Shown here: piece by piece, positions 18,215 to 26,796 of the stretch
Layout of the letters: each line of letters starts with the position of its first letter
How positions within the stretch are numbered: position 1 is the first letter of the stretch
Source of the DNA: a bacterium
Lineage (GTDB): Bacteria > Patescibacteriota > Minisyncoccia > UBA6257 > GWB1-50-10
DNA length: 64,000 bases
Assembly (NCBI GenBank): GCA_021815205.1
Contig: JAKAHD010000001.1
Location: forward strand, 89,247 to 153,246
Reading direction: 5' to 3'
Notes under the pieces: model-generated
The model's database searches: none
The model's input: only the letters and a program-made list of their open reading frames with translations
Told to the model about the DNA's origin: nothing
Made by a program: the position numbers and the translations under genes

Positions 18215-18955
18215 TTATCCAAGAGTTACCAGCCCCATTCCCCCATCAATAGTAAGAACCTCGCCGCACATAGCATCATTCTTTATAAGGAAAATTATTG
18301 CATCAGCAATTTCTTCGGGTTGTATCATCCTCCTTATGAGATGAACCTGTCCTAATTCTTCTTGTTCTTTTATGTCAGGATTGCCCCACATAGGAGTTGC
18401 GACGCGTCCTGGTGCAACAGCGTTAACAAGTATCTTGGGAGCGAGGTCTTTAGCCAAGTTCTTAGTGTAATTTTCAAGTGCAGCCTTAAAAGCAGAATAA
18501 GCGGCCGCCGATGGCCTGCCATACCCAAGTCGCCCATGAATTGAGGAAACATTTACGATTTTTCCTTCTTGCATTAAGGGCAGAGAGTGTTTAGTTACCA
18601 TTACAGCACTCAAAAAATTATTTCGGAAAACATTTTCAAATGCCTCAACATTTATTGAATTATCGTTTTCATCAAAAATTCCTGCGTTATTGACGAGTAT
18701 ATCCAAATGAGAAAATTCTTGTTTTACCTCTTGGCACATTTCGGATACCTCTTTATCGTTAGATACATCAGCACGAACAAGTATATTGCCCTTAGAGTAA
18801 CGATTACACTCGTCTAGGACTTCTTGTGCCGCTTTAGTGTCCGATTTGAAATTGATTGCGACCGAACAACCCTCTTTCGCCAAAGCAATAGCGGTTGCCC
18901 GCCCGATACCTTTTGAAGCCCCTGTTATGAGAATTTTCTTATCTTTTAGATTCAT
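18215..18955 (-). CDS. SDR-family oxidoreductase (FabG-like)
   Basis: TGASKGIGRATA Rossmann motif, NNAG, catalytic YSAFKAA (YxxxK). Confidence 0.8.
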   Translation of the reverse strand: MNLKDKKILITGASKGIGRATAIALAKEGCSVAINFKSDTKAAQEVLDECNRYSKGNILVRADVSNDKEVSEMCQEVKQEFSHLDILVNNAGIFDENDNSINVEAFENVFRNNFLSAVMVTKHSLPLMQEGKIVNVSSIHGRLGYGRPSAAAYSAFKAALENYTKNLAKDLAPKILVNAVAPGRVATPMWGNPDIKEQEELGQVHLIRRMIQPEEIADAIIFLIKNDAMCGEVLTIDGGMGLVTLG

Positions 18956-19057
18956 AGATTATTTCAAAACACCATATCTTTACCTAGCCGTTCCGAAATT
19001 TTATTCTCCTTCGCCCGAATACCTCGCCTTGTAATTATTCATATTTTAGCACTTTGT

Positions 19058-19098
19058 TATATTTACCTCCACACCTAAGCCTGAGGTGTGGAGGTAAA
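19058..19098 (-). terminator. long hairpin downstream of copA (candidate terminator)
   Basis: 'atttacctccacacc-taagcctga-ggtgtggaggtaaat', about 15-bp stem. No strong U-tract. Arms resemble hairpins at 28696-28736. Confidence 0.35.
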
Positions 19099-19155
19099 TA
19101 GGCACTATTTTCCTGCCCGCCGACCTGTCCGCCAAAGTTTTGACATCGGCGGAAA

Positions 19156-21342
19156 CTATTCGCGCAGGCGGGGTTCGACGCGTTTAAGGAGCACGGCGTT
19201 CGTGGCCACAATAATGGAAGAAGCGGACATAAGGAGCGCGGCGATCTCCGGCCGCAAGGTCCAGCCAAGGGGGTGGTAGAACACTCCAGCAGCAACGGGA
19301 ATGGCCAGCATGTTATAAATCGCTGCCCAAAAAAGATTTTGCTTCATTTTAACGACCGTCGCCTTGCTCAAACGAATCGCGGCTACGATGTCGAATGGAT
19401 CAGATTTCATGAGGACGATGTTCCCGGTTTCAATCGCAACGTCGGTGCCCGCGCCGATCGCGATGCCGATATCGGCTTGCGCCAAGGCGGGCGCATCGTT
19501 CACGCCGTCGCCCACCATTGCTACGAACTTCTTCTCGTCCTGCAGTTTTTTTACGTAACTCGCCTTGTCCTCTGGGAGCACTTCCGCGAACACACGGTCG
19601 ATGCCGAGCTCTTTGCTCACCGCTTCCGCAACTTTTGCGTGGTCGCCGGTGATCATCACAACTTCGATGCCCATATTTTTCAATTCCTCGATGCTCTTTT
19701 TCGCGCTCGGGCGCACCGTATCCGCGACCGCGATGACGCCGGCAATCTTGCCATCAATGGCGAGCATGCTCAAGGTTTTGCCCTCTCCCGCGAGCCGGTC
19801 GATCGTCGCCCGGGCGGTTTCAAGATTTACACCGCTCGCATTCATAAGCTTCTCGTTGCCCGCAAGGATGCGTTTACCGTCGATCACGGCCTTTAAACCA
19901 TATCCAGCAACCGATTCGAACTGCGAGGACTTGACAAGCCGAATGTTTTTATTTGCCGCCTCATCGACGATGGCTTTTGCGATCGGGTGGTTCGAGCCGA
20001 TTTCGATGCTCGCCTCATATTTCAAAATTTCTTCTTCCTTCACGCTATTCAAGGGCGCGATATCAGTCACCTTCGGCTTGCCGAGGGTTAACGTTCCCGT
20101 CTTGTCCAGCACGATCGCCGTAAGACGGGAGGTATTTTCGAGTGTTGCTGCGTCCTTAATTAAAATGTTGTGCTTTGCGCCGATGCCGGTGCCGACTGCT
20201 ACCGCCGTCGGTGTGGCAAGCCCCAAGGCGTCGGGACATGCAATAACGACTGTTGCCACGGCAAAGGTTAACGCGGTAAGCAAGTTCGCACTGCCGATAA
20301 AATACCAACCGAGGAATGCGGCGATGCCGGAACCAATCGCAACAATCACCAGCCGTCCCGCCCAAATATCAGCAATGCGCTGACCGGGAGCTTTGGAATT
20401 CTGGGCGGTCTCCACCATTTTGATGATTTGGGCAAGCACGGTTTCCGAGCCGACTTGTGTGGCTTTGAATTGAATCGTGCCGGTGAGATTGACCGAACCG
20501 CCCACCACCTTGTCGCCGATCGTCTTTGAGATCGGTATAGATTCGCCCGTCACCAACGATTCGTCAATTGATGTTTCGCCCGAGGATATTTCGCCGTCCA
20601 CCGGAACCTTGTCGCCGGGTCGGAGTACCACACTATCGCCATGAATAATTTCCGCGCTCGGAATAGTAATCTCTTTGCCGTCCCGAATCACATTTGCTTT
20701 GGGCGGCACTAGATCAAAGAGGGCGCGCAAGGCATCCGAGGTGCCGCGGCGTGATTTCATCTCCATCCAGTGGCCAAACAAGACGAACGTAACCAAGAGC
20801 GCAGCGGCTTCAAAAAATGTTTCTTCGCCGCCGACGAGTGTGAGTAGAACGCTGAAAAGATAGGCCGCCAAAACGCCGGTCGCGATTAAGACCGCCATAT
20901 TAAGCTTCTTTGCTTTGAGCGAGTAGTAGGTGCCGGTAATAAAGATTGAACCAGTCCAAAAAACGATTGGTGTCGTGAGAATTAAGAGCAACCAATTGAT
21001 TGGAATGGGGGTTGGCAAATGTAACTTAAAAATAGTTGTGCCAACCGGCGAATACAGGAAAATAGGAACGGAGAGGAAAAGTGAAATGAAAAACCGGCGG
21101 CGCATATCCCTTTCCATCTGTTTGGCGATTGCTGGGTTGGTCATGGCCGCTTCATGATCGGTATGGCTCATTTTTTGCATGTTGTGACCAGTATGAGCAT
21201 CAACTTCCATCGGAATTAAATCCATACCACATCCGGGGCATTTGCCGGGCGCATTTTTAATGACTTCCGGGTGCATGGGGCAGGTGTAGAGAGTTTCTTT
21301 TGAATTGTGGTGATTATGGTTATTCATATTATTTATTTTCAA
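19156..21342 (-). CDS. copA: heavy-metal (Cu+-type) translocating P1B-type ATPase with a CPD transmembrane motif
   Basis: DKTGTLT, MVGDGVNDAPAL, TGES, and the Cu(I)-class TM signatures YN (AAIYNML) and MSASS. The TM6 motif reads IACPDALGLATP (codons tgt ccc gac), not CPC. N-terminal CPMHPEV...CPGCGM Cys4 metal-binding motif. Confidence 0.85.
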   Translation of the reverse strand: MKINNMNNHNHHNSKETLYTCPMHPEVIKNAPGKCPGCGMDLIPMEVDAHTGHNMQKMSHTDHEAAMTNPAIAKQMERDMRRRFFISLFLSVPIFLYSPVGTTIFKLHLPTPIPINWLLLILTTPIVFWTGSIFITGTYYSLKAKKLNMAVLIATGVLAAYLFSVLLTLVGGEETFFEAAALLVTFVLFGHWMEMKSRRGTSDALRALFDLVPPKANVIRDGKEITIPSAEIIHGDSVVLRPGDKVPVDGEISSGETSIDESLVTGESIPISKTIGDKVVGGSVNLTGTIQFKATQVGSETVLAQIIKMVETAQNSKAPGQRIADIWAGRLVIVAIGSGIAAFLGWYFIGSANLLTALTFAVATVVIACPDALGLATPTAVAVGTGIGAKHNILIKDAATLENTSRLTAIVLDKTGTLTLGKPKVTDIAPLNSVKEEEILKYEASIEIGSNHPIAKAIVDEAANKNIRLVKSSQFESVAGYGLKAVIDGKRILAGNEKLMNASGVNLETARATIDRLAGEGKTLSMLAIDGKIAGVIAVADTVRPSAKKSIEELKNMGIEVVMITGDHAKVAEAVSKELGIDRVFAEVLPEDKASYVKKLQDEKKFVAMVGDGVNDAPALAQADIGIAIGAGTDVAIETGNIVLMKSDPFDIVAAIRLSKATVVKMKQNLFWAAIYNMLAIPVAAGVFYHPLGWTLRPEIAALLMSASSIIVATNAVLLKRVEPRLRE

Positions 21343-21535
21343 TAGCTTGGTTTGTGATCTCTAAATTGCAACCGTGATGTTCTTTGCACCATGTTTCGCA
21401 CTTTTTCGCTTGCGTTTTCTCTTTATAATGCAAACCGCACTCTGGACACTTATGTGATTCCTCCTCGACTTTTTCGTTATGATTTTTGTGATCCATATAA
21501 TTTATATTTGTTTTACAGATTTTAACTTTTTCCAA
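21329..21535 (-). CDS. small zinc-ribbon protein (novel family) overlapping the copA start
   Basis: HKCPECGLHYKEKTQAKKCETWCKEHHGCNLEITNQA is homologous to the N-terminus of the 49345-51162 protein (YQCEACGFQY...KCEAWCKEHKSCNTEITAHA). Confidence 0.5.
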   Translation of the reverse strand: MEKVKICKTNINYMDHKNHNEKVEEESHKCPECGLHYKEKTQAKKCETWCKEHHGCNLEITNQAIENK

Positions 21536-22227
21536 GTAAGATGTTCGTAAATACTCGACCAGATAAAACCAAAGCTGAAAGCGAATAAAAGTTCTTCTAA
21601 TGGAATTCCTAATATCAAAATACCCGAGATAGCCTTGAGGTTCCAGACCTGTTCCACATACCCAGGATAAAGAGCAATGAGCGTTAAGAAATATACAAAA
21701 TAAATCCCTAAGAATATAAAAGCGCTTGCGATCATTTTCTTTTTAAGATCAGGTCTGCAATACCAAGAGAAAAAGCCGCCGACAAGCATTGCTATAATTG
21801 CCGAATAGATAGGATTAAGCGAAGTTGTAAAAAAGATCACAAAAAAGATAAATGGGGACGAGAGAATAGAGAGCAAGTGGTAGTTGTGGTGGATCAAATG
21901 ACGTTCATATGTTTCTATTCGCTCATGCGAAGTGCGATGGATACACTCATAGATCGCTACCGCGATACCACCGATAGCAAAAGAGAAAATGAAACTTTCA
22001 ATATCAAAACCAGTTCGGTGAGCTAAGTCAAAAAGTGATGGTGGATTCCAGTAGGTTGGAACAAAAAGTGGCTCTGTAAATCCAAAAAGTGCAGTCCATA
22101 AGCTCACCCAAAGCATTTCTTTTTTACTCTCTCTGTTTTTTAGAAGTACGTAAATAACTACCCAGATTGCAACAAGGATTAAGCTCCATAAAAACCAAGC
22201 AAGTTGTGGTTCGTGTGTTGAGTTCAT
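21502..22227 (-). CDS. hypothetical polytopic membrane protein
   Basis: 241 aa, 6-7 TM helices, overlaps neighbours (operon). Confidence 0.45.
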   Translation of the reverse strand: MNSTHEPQLAWFLWSLILVAIWVVIYVLLKNRESKKEMLWVSLWTALFGFTEPLFVPTYWNPPSLFDLAHRTGFDIESFIFSFAIGGIAVAIYECIHRTSHERIETYERHLIHHNYHLLSILSSPFIFFVIFFTTSLNPIYSAIIAMLVGGFFSWYCRPDLKKKMIASAFIFLGIYFVYFLTLIALYPGYVEQVWNLKAISGILILGIPLEELLFAFSFGFIWSSIYEHLTWKKLKSVKQI

Positions 22228-22595
22228 ACGTTTTTAGTTAGATATTTCTCGCCAAAGACAAGAGCAAGTGCCATAAACAAAAGTCCGGAATGCTCAAGCG
22301 CATCGAAAGGACTTGCAATAACGATCATGACGCCGACAAGCCAGATAAACGCCCATAAGCCCACACGACGTGTAGTAATACCAAAAAAGAGGAGCAAAGC
22401 GACGATACCGTCGTTCAAACCGATCACAAACGGCACAAATAGCTCCGGGCGGATTGGCAATAGAGGCAAGATAAACGAGTTGTTTATCAGCTCGATGAAT
22501 TCCGATGGTGCAAAAAACGCCGTTAGAGAATTAGCAAGGAAGATGACGCCTAAGCCAAAGCGAATCAAGAAGTTATAATTTAGAAATTTATTCAC
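22224..22595 (-). CDS. DoxX-like membrane protein
   Basis: 123 aa, 4 TM helices. The FGLGVIFLANSLTAFFAP pattern resembles the DoxX family. Confidence 0.4.
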   Translation of the reverse strand: MNKFLNYNFLIRFGLGVIFLANSLTAFFAPSEFIELINNSFILPLLPIRPELFVPFVIGLNDGIVALLLFFGITTRRVGLWAFIWLVGVMIVIASPFDALEHSGLLFMALALVFGEKYLTKNV

Positions 22596-22596
22596 G

Positions 22597-23127
22597 TTAT
22601 TTCAAACCCCATTTGAAAGATCGTTCTGGAATGCCGCCAATATCTTTGATTTTAAGTTCGACGGTTTGAGGCATTGGTTGGATTGCGTTAAAAATCAACA
22701 CTCCCTCCCGATGGTGGCCGCCGGGCCCGGCACCCTCCCAAGACAGGGGCTTATACACGTTACCTTTATCATCGACCAGCGTCACGATTTGTACAGGATC
22801 TTGATCAAGTTCGACCGAATGTGTGTTCATACCAATATCAAATTTCCACTCCGTCGATTGTGATGAAAGATTAAGCGGCGTAACTACGACGGTAACATTT
22901 GCTTGCTCGTCAGTCCTCGTCTCCCATTTTTGTTTCACGCCTGATGTTGAAGAGTTGTCTTGGGGCGGACGAGAGCTGGGTTTAGGATTATACAAGACCA
23001 GAGAAACTCCCACGAACACCAATGCCAATACGGATATTGTGATTACTTTTTTATTCATCCCGTTAGGGGTTCCCATGATTGATTTTTTGAGATATTGGTA
23101 ATTGCGACTATTTTTCAATTTTTCCAC
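22597..23127 (-). CDS. hypothetical secreted/membrane-anchored protein
   Basis: The track start is GTG. The likely start is the internal ATG (MNKKVITISVLALVFVGVSLVLY signal anchor), preceded by 'cccctaacggg'. Confidence 0.45.
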   Translation of the reverse strand: MEKLKNSRNYQYLKKSIMGTPNGMNKKVITISVLALVFVGVSLVLYNPKPSSRPPQDNSSTSGVKQKWETRTDEQANVTVVVTPLNLSSQSTEWKFDIGMNTHSVELDQDPVQIVTLVDDKGNVYKPLSWEGAGPGGHHREGVLIFNAIQPMPQTVELKIKDIGGIPERSFKWGLK

Positions 23128-23603
23128 CCGTCAGAGTTTTTTAGGTTTCTCACAGAGGCGGATCCGTCTCGGGCGGAGCATTTGATGATTTTATTGCTGA
23201 TAAATAAAATGCCGAATATGTTAAACGCAAGACCGATCCAGAAAATCTTGACTTGATATTGAGCTACAAACGTAGCAAGCCCCGTAACTCCGAGAATGGG
23301 AACCACATTCACAAGATAATGAGCGCAACAGGAAATCATAGAGGCCGTCGAAGTCGTACCTGATACGCCGACAACCTTGCTCATGCCAAGCCCCCCATGC
23401 ACTAAGGCCCTAAGATGCTGATATAAACCGATCTGAACACCGAAACCAATCGCCAAGCTCGTGATGAAATACCAGTATGTGCCGAATTGATCTTGAGCAA
23501 AGCTCCATCCGGAGACGAGCGTCAAGACCGCGAAGTACACACCAAGCAAGATCGCACTTGCAAGTGTCCCATATAATATTGCCTTTGCGTAAGTGTTTGT
23601 CAT
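23115..23603 (-). CDS. hypothetical membrane protein
   Basis: 162 aa, about 4 TM helices. Confidence 0.4.
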   Translation of the reverse strand: MTNTYAKAILYGTLASAILLGVYFAVLTLVSGWSFAQDQFGTYWYFITSLAIGFGVQIGLYQHLRALVHGGLGMSKVVGVSGTTSTASMISCCAHYLVNVVPILGVTGLATFVAQYQVKIFWIGLAFNIFGILFISNKIIKCSARDGSASVRNLKNSDGWKN

Positions 23604-23605
23604 GG

Positions 23606-23917
23606 TTACTTTTTGATATAGCTTTCCGGGTCTTTCTCAAACTGACTCCGGCAATGATCCGAACAAAAGACATACTCCTTGTCTTTGTAGGTGAAGGTAA
23701 TGCTGTCGCTTGCCCGCATACCGCACACCGGATCCCGCAAAAGCTTCTTTGATGGGATTTTTTTGAATTTGTTGAAGAATGATGTAAGCATAGATTTATC
23801 CCCCACACCTCCTGAGGGGTTTAGTGCCTTAATGGCAACACCCATGGCCGGGATGATCTTTTTTGTTTTTGCCATCTTTATCTTCGCCCTCTCCATTGGT
23901 AACCGATTTTTCCTCAT
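23606..23917 (-). CDS. YHS (TRASH-like) domain protein; start uncertain
   Basis: DPVCGMRASDSITFTYKDKEYVFCSDHCRSQFEKDP is the YHS metal-binding signature. An internal start (MLTSFF..., about 23791) would remove the overlap with the next gene. Confidence 0.6.
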   Translation of the reverse strand: MRKNRLPMERAKIKMAKTKKIIPAMGVAIKALNPSGGVGDKSMLTSFFNKFKKIPSKKLLRDPVCGMRASDSITFTYKDKEYVFCSDHCRSQFEKDPESYIKK

Positions 23918-24158
23918 CGGAATGTTTATGCGATCGACCCATCATAAAGAAGTGGGCTATGACCATTATGGCAACTCCACCGATAATGACCCACGTCGGA
24001 GCCCCAAATGCTCTGCCTCCGAGTCCGAGAATGACGATTAACAATAAGGGCGCCACACAGCACACCATCATTGTCCACATCATCCAATTCCCGTCTTTTT
24101 GATCGTGATTATGCATGGCGATTAATAGTTTAATAATAACCAGATTATCAACCCTCAC
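23829..24158 (-). CDS. DUF2933-like small membrane protein with C-terminal HGCCH
   Basis: VCCVAPLLLIVILGLGG helix pair and C-terminal HPGHGCCH. Confidence 0.4.
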   Translation of the reverse strand: MRVDNLVIIKLLIAMHNHDQKDGNWMMWTMMVCCVAPLLLIVILGLGGRAFGAPTWVIIGGVAIMVIAHFFMMGRSHKHSDEEKSVTNGEGEDKDGKNKKDHPGHGCCH

Positions 24159-24360
24159 GTTCTAACTGCCTGCGATACAAGGCGCATACTCCGGCCGAGA
24201 TGGAGATGAGAGTAAGCACAATTGCGTCATTGAAGCAGTGCTGTTGCGTGAAGCCGAAAATGGTGCCGTTCTGTCCGGCAAGCCACGCCCCAATGAGCGC
24301 AAGTACCCCCCAAATACCAGTAACAATCGAGACCCCGTGAATGAATGTGGATTTTTTCAT
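24148..24360 (-). CDS. small 2-TM membrane protein
   Basis: 70 aa hydrophobic ORF in operon. Confidence 0.3.
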   Translation of the reverse strand: MKKSTFIHGVSIVTGIWGVLALIGAWLAGQNGTIFGFTQQHCFNDAIVLTLISISAGVCALYRRQLEREG

Positions 24361-24366
24361 AGGTTT

Positions 24367-24648
24367 TTATTTATTGGAAAGGGTATATATCCTGATCAAT
24401 TCTTTAATTGCTTTTTGATCTTCACTTTTGCTCTGCATTTGATGTTTGACATGCGAGCGCAAGTGATTTTCAAGAAGAAAGCCGTCAAGACTCTTAAGCG
24501 ACCTTTGAATGGAGAGGGATTGTTCCAACAGCGTTGGGCAATACACCTCTTTCTCAATGGCCTTAATAAGACCATCAAACTGACCGCGAAGAATCCTCGC
24601 CCGATGGAGGGCGCGTCCTTTTATTTTCTGATCTACTCCGTGTTGCAT
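24367..24648 (-). CDS. CsoR/RcnR/FrmR-family metal-sensing transcriptional repressor
   Basis: 93 aa all-helical DUF156-type sequence. Ligand fingerprint positions read His3-Cys37-His62-His66 (MQH..., VYCPTLL, ENHLRSHV). Confidence 0.7.
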   Translation of the reverse strand: MQHGVDQKIKGRALHRARILRGQFDGLIKAIEKEVYCPTLLEQSLSIQRSLKSLDGFLLENHLRSHVKHQMQSKSEDQKAIKELIRIYTLSNK

Positions 24649-24690
24649 GTAGGTAACGCATTAGTGATTTTATCGACCTCTCTAGGTAGG

Positions 24691-24735
24691 GTATACCCCT
24701 ATGCCCTATTTGTCAAATCGTGCTTGTGGATAATC
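24691..24735 (-). promoter_or_regulatory. candidate promoter/operator of the csoR-like operon, shared with 28313-28368
   Basis: 'gtatacccctatgccctatttgtcaa-N12-ttgtggataa'. In gene orientation it contains TTGACA (-35-like) followed by a GC box 'aatagggcataggggtata'. Near-identical 45-bp motif at 28313-28368. Confidence 0.45.
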
Positions 24736-25710
24736 TTATATGCCACACCCGTCCTGCTGGCGCTGTGGCGCTGGGGCTGTTCCACCTGTATCTACACCGC
24801 ATCCGCTCCCGCCTCTCTCTTGTCGCGTTTGGGGGACTTGAGCGGCAATTCTTGCAAATCCGGAACCGCTTGAATATTCCGCGCTAAGAAGCATTTGCGG
24901 AGTTACACTTTTTACATCAATACCTTTTATTTTTAGGTATTGTGCAATGGTCTCGTATTGATCCGGGAACCAGGCTCTGTTGGCCGTTATGGCCGCATTC
25001 CACATCTCTTCCCCTGTTCTCCCTTGCGATGCCAGGTATTCAAGAAGCCCGAGCATTGCCATGCCGTGATTGCAATCCGGGAAATACGTTGAATTATTGC
25101 AGCAGGGCCGGTAAATTCCTTTCGCGATCTTCTCCACAAGCGCCTGCTGATCTGACGTGAGAGGGGCCAAGGCGTGCTTGTCGTAGTGATCCATCACCGA
25201 CCCCGTAGTAACCGTCCAACCGCCGACCGATGCCATGTTGGTCGGTCCGCCGTAGCGCACGTCCATAATCGGGCCGGTCTCCAAAACCGGGTTTTTATTT
25301 GCCAGACCATAAGCCCAGAGCAAGTTCAGCTCTGTCACTTGAGAAAGCTTGGCGGGATTGATAGTGCCATTCGCAATCAAGGCGGCAAGCATTTTCTTTT
25401 CTGTTTCTAAGGGCAGGATTTTTCCTCCGTCAACCAGGGTTGCCTGGCCGTTTTGCGAAGCCGCATTTTCTGCCGTCTGCGTCTCCGGGGAGCGATTCTC
25501 GTTGTTATAGATCATAGCTCCCGCAAGCATGGCTCCCGCAATGACAATGGCAATCGGGATCATATATCTGTTGCCGAACTCTTTAGGTTTCTCCTGTCTT
25601 GATCCCTCCTGTATCTCGTATTCCGTTTCGTGTTCCGTCCCATTAGAAATTTTCGTATCGGTGAGATTTTCATTTTTTTTCTTATCCATATTTTTATACC
25701 CGTTACCCAT
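24736..25710 (-). CDS. secreted/membrane-anchored protein carrying a novel Cys-rich domain (YRPCCNNSTYFPDCNHG ... GGSGCGV C-terminus)
   Basis: TM/signal MIPIAIVIAGAMLAGAMIY, then an about 250-aa domain homologous to the C-terminal domain of the 49345-51162 protein. Start may be the internal MDKKK. Confidence 0.6.
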   Translation of the reverse strand: MGNGYKNMDKKKNENLTDTKISNGTEHETEYEIQEGSRQEKPKEFGNRYMIPIAIVIAGAMLAGAMIYNNENRSPETQTAENAASQNGQATLVDGGKILPLETEKKMLAALIANGTINPAKLSQVTELNLLWAYGLANKNPVLETGPIMDVRYGGPTNMASVGGWTVTTGSVMDHYDKHALAPLTSDQQALVEKIAKGIYRPCCNNSTYFPDCNHGMAMLGLLEYLASQGRTGEEMWNAAITANRAWFPDQYETIAQYLKIKGIDVKSVTPQMLLSAEYSSGSGFARIAAQVPQTRQERGGSGCGVDTGGTAPAPQRQQDGCGI

Positions 25711-25721
25711 TCAGTATTGAT

Positions 25722-25790
25722 TGGATTTCTAACGGGACAAGTGTTTTTATCCCGTGAGAAGCAGGTCGCAATGCGACCGCGACTTCTCAT
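25722..25790. promoter_or_regulatory. inverted-repeat element in the 5' region of the 24736-25710 gene
   Basis: 'ttctaacggga-N13-tcccgtgagaa' (11-bp half sites, 1 mismatch), then hairpin 'gagaagcaggtcgcaatgcgaccgcgacttctc'. Shares 'agaagcaggtcgc' and 'ttctaacggg' with 27651-27775. Confidence 0.4.
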
Positions 25791-25795
25791 TGGGG

Positions 25796-26041
25796 TTATT
25801 TCTTACAACAATCCGTTAACTTGCTAATAATTTCTTCAATTGACTTTTTTTCGAGAGAACGCTTAGAAGATACGGAAAATCCAACCGCTCTCAACTTCCT
25901 TATTGTTTCTCTTACCCCCAACGATCTCACCTCGTTGAGAATAAGGCGACGCTGTTCGCATTTTTCACAGTGAGGTATATGAAGCGCCTTCGCAATCTTC
26001 CTCACCGTATCGCCGAGTCTAAGTTGCCGTTTCTTGCCCAT
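25796..26041 (-). CDS. small hypothetical protein with CxxC and C-terminal CC
   Basis: 81 aa: HCEKCEQRR...DCCKK. Basic, possibly nucleic-acid or metal binding. Confidence 0.35.
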   Translation of the reverse strand: MGKKRQLRLGDTVRKIAKALHIPHCEKCEQRRLILNEVRSLGVRETIRKLRAVGFSVSSKRSLEKKSIEEIISKLTDCCKK

Positions 26042-26042
26042 G

Positions 26043-26708
26043 TTATTGTTTGCTTAATTCCTGAATTTTACCGAAGAGCATGTCATTCGCTATTGCCATG
26101 TTCGGGTCATCGAATACGAATCTCACCATCCCCTCTTTATCAACCACGATATAGGTATGGCCTGGCAGTGAGCCGCGATGCATTGAGGAATTTGTAGTCA
26201 ACATGCCAAGCTCTCTCGAGGCGTTCGCACCTCCGTCAAACATGGTGGTTGCCTTCGCAAGCTCCGGCATCTTGGCTATTGCCGTCTGCCAGTCTCTCGC
26301 GGAATCGGTTACAACGGATATTGCTTGAATCTCTCCGCTCTTGAATCTTTGGTCGCTCCCGAATGATGCCATCTGATTCCAGCACGCCGGATAACACATA
26401 AGGCCCTCGTTGAAGAACAGAACGGTGTATTTGCCTCTGAAGTCTGCCGAGGTGTATATTTTTCCATCCTTATCAGTCAGTTGGATATTTGGCAATGGTT
26501 TTCCTATAAGGGAATTCAGTTGCTCGGTATTGGGGGCCCCCGGCGATCCATGCATGGTATCAGTGGCGGATGTTTGATTGGCGTTTTGCGGCGAACTCTT
26601 CATAAGGAGATATCCCAAGCTCAGCGCCACGACCGCAATGATGGTGATCGTGAGCCAAGGAGTTTTTTGATTGTAGTTATTTTTATTCATCCCGTTAGAA
26701 GTTTTCAT
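26043..26708 (-). CDS. secreted thioredoxin-fold protein with CxxxC motif (Sco/redoxin-like)
   Basis: Signal anchor. FRGKYTVLFFNEGLMCYPAC resembles the Trx-fold active-site region, with CxxxC spacing as in Sco1/SenC. The likely start MNKNNYNQKTPW... is preceded by 'acttctaacggg'. Confidence 0.5.
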   Translation of the reverse strand: MKTSNGMNKNNYNQKTPWLTITIIAVVALSLGYLLMKSSPQNANQTSATDTMHGSPGAPNTEQLNSLIGKPLPNIQLTDKDGKIYTSADFRGKYTVLFFNEGLMCYPACWNQMASFGSDQRFKSGEIQAISVVTDSARDWQTAIAKMPELAKATTMFDGGANASRELGMLTTNSSMHRGSLPGHTYIVVDKEGMVRFVFDDPNMAIANDMLFGKIQELSKQ

Positions 26709-26796
26709 GATTATTTTTTTGTTTTTTTATTTTGGCTAGCGAAGAGCGAAATGAAAATTTATTTCCATTTCGTCCGAGCGAAGACGAAACAAAAGA

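Noticed and set aside
19273-20383. 207-aa and 272-aa plus-strand ORFs
   Set aside because: Antisense within the P-type ATPase gene. No motifs.
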